From Nitrosopumilus maritimus SCM1 (GTDB lineage Archaea > Thermoproteota > Nitrososphaeria > Nitrososphaerales > Nitrosopumilaceae): 32,000 nt of DNA. Below, one piece after another: positions 31,717 to 32,000 of this stretch (position 1 is its first letter; each line of letters starts with the position of its first letter). Position numbers and translations under genes: made by a program. The notes beneath the pieces are model-generated. The model was not told the origin of the DNA, made no database searches, and was given only the letters and a program-made list of their open reading frames with translations. Location: positions 1,260,001 to 1,292,000 of the forward strand of contig NC_010085.1 in the NCBI RefSeq assembly GCF_000018465.1, given 5' to 3'.

Positions 31717-31971
31717 TTACATTTTAAAAACTATGAGAAATGGAACTCCAGAAATTTTTTTAACAGCATTTTCAGAACCAATACCTAATCCAAGAGATAA
31801 AGAAATAGTTTCATCACCTACAAGATTAATTATTGCAGAATTTTTTAGTAGAGTTTCAGCTTCTTCTTTTTCGACAAATCTTTCTCCGTAATAGCTTTCA
31901 CTTATGTGCATGTTTAGTTCACCTTCAACAATTGTTTTACCCAATAGTTCTGCATCACATATGTTCAACAT
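31717..31971 (-). CDS. DUF424-family protein (probably 5'-truncated by my start call or the window edge)
   Basis: NICDAELLGK...SESYYGE...INLVGDE...ISGVPFLIV fits the DUF424 pattern as I remember it. The reading frame stays open upstream to nt 32000, so the real start may lie outside the window. Confidence 0.55.
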   Translation of the reverse strand: MLNICDAELLGKTIVEGELNMHISESYYGERFVEKEEAETLLKNSAIINLVGDETISLSLGLGIGSENAVKKISGVPFLIVFKM

Positions 31972-32000
31972 TGGGTTTTTTTGATAATCAGTTTGACGTA

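Overview
This is an AT-rich, very gene-dense archaeal chromosome segment with about 40 genes, most overlapping or separated by under 100 nt. The gene content is clearly archaeal: RadA, topoisomerase VI A/B, Nop5-fibrillarin, eL21, eS30, RpoF, Rio1, a Dim2-like KH protein, Trm1 and KsgA. TACK-type markers (a TFE-beta/RPC34-like protein and an Elf1-like zinc ribbon) make a marine Nitrosopumilus-like thaumarchaeon my best guess. That assignment is inference and is not verified. Most of the window is ordinary core: ribosome biogenesis, RNA modification, recombination and topology, and pyrimidine and purine metabolism. Four parts stand out. (i) At 1-3222, tRNA-Ser(GCU) is followed by a 53-codon zinc-ribbon ORF absent from the ORF track, an intact 505-aa tyrosine integrase and a 419-aa ORFan. 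This is probably the end of an integrated mobile element that runs off the left edge. (ii) At 19233-24148, a stand-alone 697-aa OLD/PARIS-like ABC-ATPase with a TOPRIM-like C-terminal module sits between two secreted beta-sandwich proteins. It is a candidate antiviral nuclease and the best candidate for an uncharacterised system here. (iii) Perfect in-frame minisatellites and charged tails occur in housekeeping nucleic-acid proteins: 21 bp x 8.8 (RRDDRGG) at the Nop5 C-terminus abutting fibrillarin, 36 bp x 7.6 (KPTKKTTKKAEA) in the TFE-beta-like protein, and a 69-aa Lys-rich/acidic tail on RadA. (iv) At 25488-27345 there is a small-gene cluster: a TrmB-like HTH, a zinc-ribbon protein and a 94-aa protein in one operon, a 2-TM peptide, and a membrane-anchored Hsp20-like protein. 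I saw no CRISPR array, rRNA, transposase or virion genes. All family calls rest on motif recognition by eye; no searches were run.
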